A DNA stretch of 64,000 nucleotides from Basidiobolus meristosporus CBS 931.73 (lineage: Eukaryota > Fungi > Basidiobolomycota), in NCBI GenBank assembly GCA_002104905.1, contig MCFE01000311.1, positions 33,561-97,560 on the forward strand, in the 5' to 3' direction. How positions within the stretch are numbered: the first letter of the stretch is position 1; each line of letters begins with the position of its first letter. The notes below the pieces were generated by a model. That model was not told the origin of the DNA and searched no databases. It was given only the letters and a program-made list of their open reading frames with translations. The translations under genes and the position numbers were made by a program. This document shows positions 62,018 to 64,000 of this stretch, in pieces.

Positions 62018-64000
62018 TGTTGTAAAAATTTGTATTTCCACCTAAATATTCACCTAACTTAGTCACTTAGATCATTACCTTCATATTCTAGAGAATACTG
62101 ACCAAATTCCTTGTTGGGATTTACTTAGAATATTTTCACCAAAATACCAGGTACCCAGAACATGAAAATTCTCAAAGTTGTCCAAACAGCCCCAAACTTT
62201 GCACACATGCTCTTGGGACCTTCCTTAGCCCATTCTACGTGTTTGCTATGCCAAGACCATGTAAAGTATAAATACTACTTTTACATTCAATAAATCATTA
62301 AGTGAAAACCACATAATCTACTTGTTCTCCCAATCACTTCCAATATCTCCAAGACTCTTACAACAGGTTATGAGCCCCAAGCTATCACTCTCTACAATGT
62401 CTACTACTCCTATTACTGGAACTTTTCCCTCTGCTGAAAAGTTGGATGGATCTAACTACCAAGTGTGGAAGGTGAAGATGAAGATGCTGCTACAAGAAAG
62501 AGGCCTTTGGGATATTGTCATGGGAGAAGAATGCCTGCCTAAAAACGTGGGAGAGGAAGCCTTAAAGTACCAGAAGAAAGAACAAAGTGCCTTTAACTGC
62601 ATTTGCCTTAATGTCAAGGACAAATTGCAATTCAATGCTCAAGAGCAAAAACAGCAAAGAATGCCTGGAAGGCATTAGAAGACACCTACCAGTCATGTTC
62701 AGCTGCCAAGAAAATGTATCTGAGAAGAAAATTCTTTACTACAAAGATGCTGCCAGGAGATGAAATGAAAAATCTAATTAACAGAATTACCCTGCTGGTA
62801 GATGAGATGGAATCTGTGGGCGTACCAACTACTGATGAGGATGTGATAGTTACCATCCTGAATAGCCTGACAGACAAGTTTCAGGGCCTTGTATCAGCCC
62901 TAGAGTCCAGAACTGAAGATTTGACCTTAAATTACGTATATGGAAGGCTCCTGGATGAAGAATTAAGAAAATCAAGCGCCAATAAGAAGGAAGAAGAAAA
63001 TGCTTTAATAAGCAATGATAACCAACAAAGGAGGTACCCAAGACCCTACAAAGGCAACAGCAACCTATTTTGCAACTACTGCAAAAGGAAAGGACACACA
63101 TCAGACCGGTGTTTCAAAAAGAGAGATTATCAGCAAAAGAAGCCTGAATATGGAAATGCTGCAACAACTGAGGATAGACTATTCATATCTGCACTAAATA
63201 TGACCACAAACAAGGATTCTCAGACGTGGTATATTGACTCTGGAGCTTCTCAACACTTTACACACCAAAAAGAACTTTTTACCCAATATCAAGAAATTCC
63301 AATTAAGAAGGTTTTCATGGGTGACGATAGAAAACTTGATGCAGTGGGAGAAGGAACTATCCAAGTAAACCTTAGACGCAGTGAAGGAAGCCATACACTG
63401 ACCTTTAAAGAAGTACTCTATGTACCAGAAATAGCCAAGAACCTACTCTCTGTAAGCAAGGCCACAGCAGAAGGACTCAGTTTCAGTTTTGACAATTCTG
63501 GATGCAGGATCACTGATCAAAATGGTGCTCATATTGCTTCAAGCATCAGAGATCAGAATCCATACAAGTTGACTTATATTCCATCATATCTGGAAGCCAA
63601 TATAAGTAACTTGAATGAAGAAACACCAATGCTTTGGCACAGGAGATTTGGACACATCAATTTTGATTATTTGCGTAAAATGATCAAAGATCAGCTAATT
63701 TCTGGAGTGAAAATTGCTCCCCCAGCTAATTTGGAGCACTGTGAAGCCTGCATATATGGGAAACAAGCCAGACAACCGTTCAAGAGCTCTGGGTTAATCA
63801 AAACTAAGAAAAAATTAGATCTAATTCATTCAGATCTGTGTGGACCTATGCAAAATTTATCCTTAGGCGGGATGAAGTATTTAATCACTTTTATTGATGA
63901 TATACAAGATACACATGGGTCTACTTCATGGAGAGAAAGGAAGAAGCTCTGTCTAAGCTCAGGGAGTTTAAAGTCATGGTGGAGAGAGAAACTGGTGAAA
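62018..64000 (+). mobile_element. Relatively young Ty1/copia (copia-3): 5' LTR-A 62018-62365, PBS, gag, protease, start of integrase; runs off the window
   Basis: TGTTG...CAACA LTR and PBS GGTTATGAGCCC (copia-type). Motifs KLDGSNYQVWKVKM, WYIDSGASQH, LWHRRFGHINF, CEACIYGKQ, LIHSDLCGP; few disablements. Confidence 0.93.

Noticed and set aside
4350-64000. Neurospora-type RIP as the cause of TE decay
   Set aside because: CpA/TpG are abundant and the differences seen between copies are mainly at CpG, which fits 5mCpG deamination better.

Overview
Eukaryotic DNA, most likely from an early-diverging fungus (inferred from short GT-AG introns, gene content and TE families). Bases 1 to about 4.3 kb are GC/CpG-rich and genic. 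They hold the 3' end of an HRD3/SEL1L gene and an acidic protein with a SERTA-like motif. From about 4.35 kb to the end there are no host genes, only a nested, CpG-depleted transposon cluster that can largely be reconstructed from termini and target-site duplications (TSDs). It contains Ty1/copia elements and several solo-LTR families, and two Ty3/gypsy elements. It also holds seven copies or fragments of a ~5.8-kb CACTA/EnSpm element (CCC termini, tnp2-type transposase, divergent second gene). Finally there is a PHIS (PIF/Harbinger-superfamily) element with AGACTTGTTCC TIRs and mostly ANT TSDs (Pangu-like): 3 long copies, 1 deletion derivative and 2 fold-back MITEs. The main leads concern the Pangu-like element. 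Its intact transposase gene is almost CpG-free while the neighbouring ORF2 is CpG-rich. It has a candidate third spliced transcription unit next to one TIR. One copy inserted into another in inverted orientation, giving a Mu-killer-like long inverted repeat. All alignments and counts were done by eye; no database searches were run. No CRISPR array, rRNA, tRNA or TnpB/Fanzor gene was recognised.
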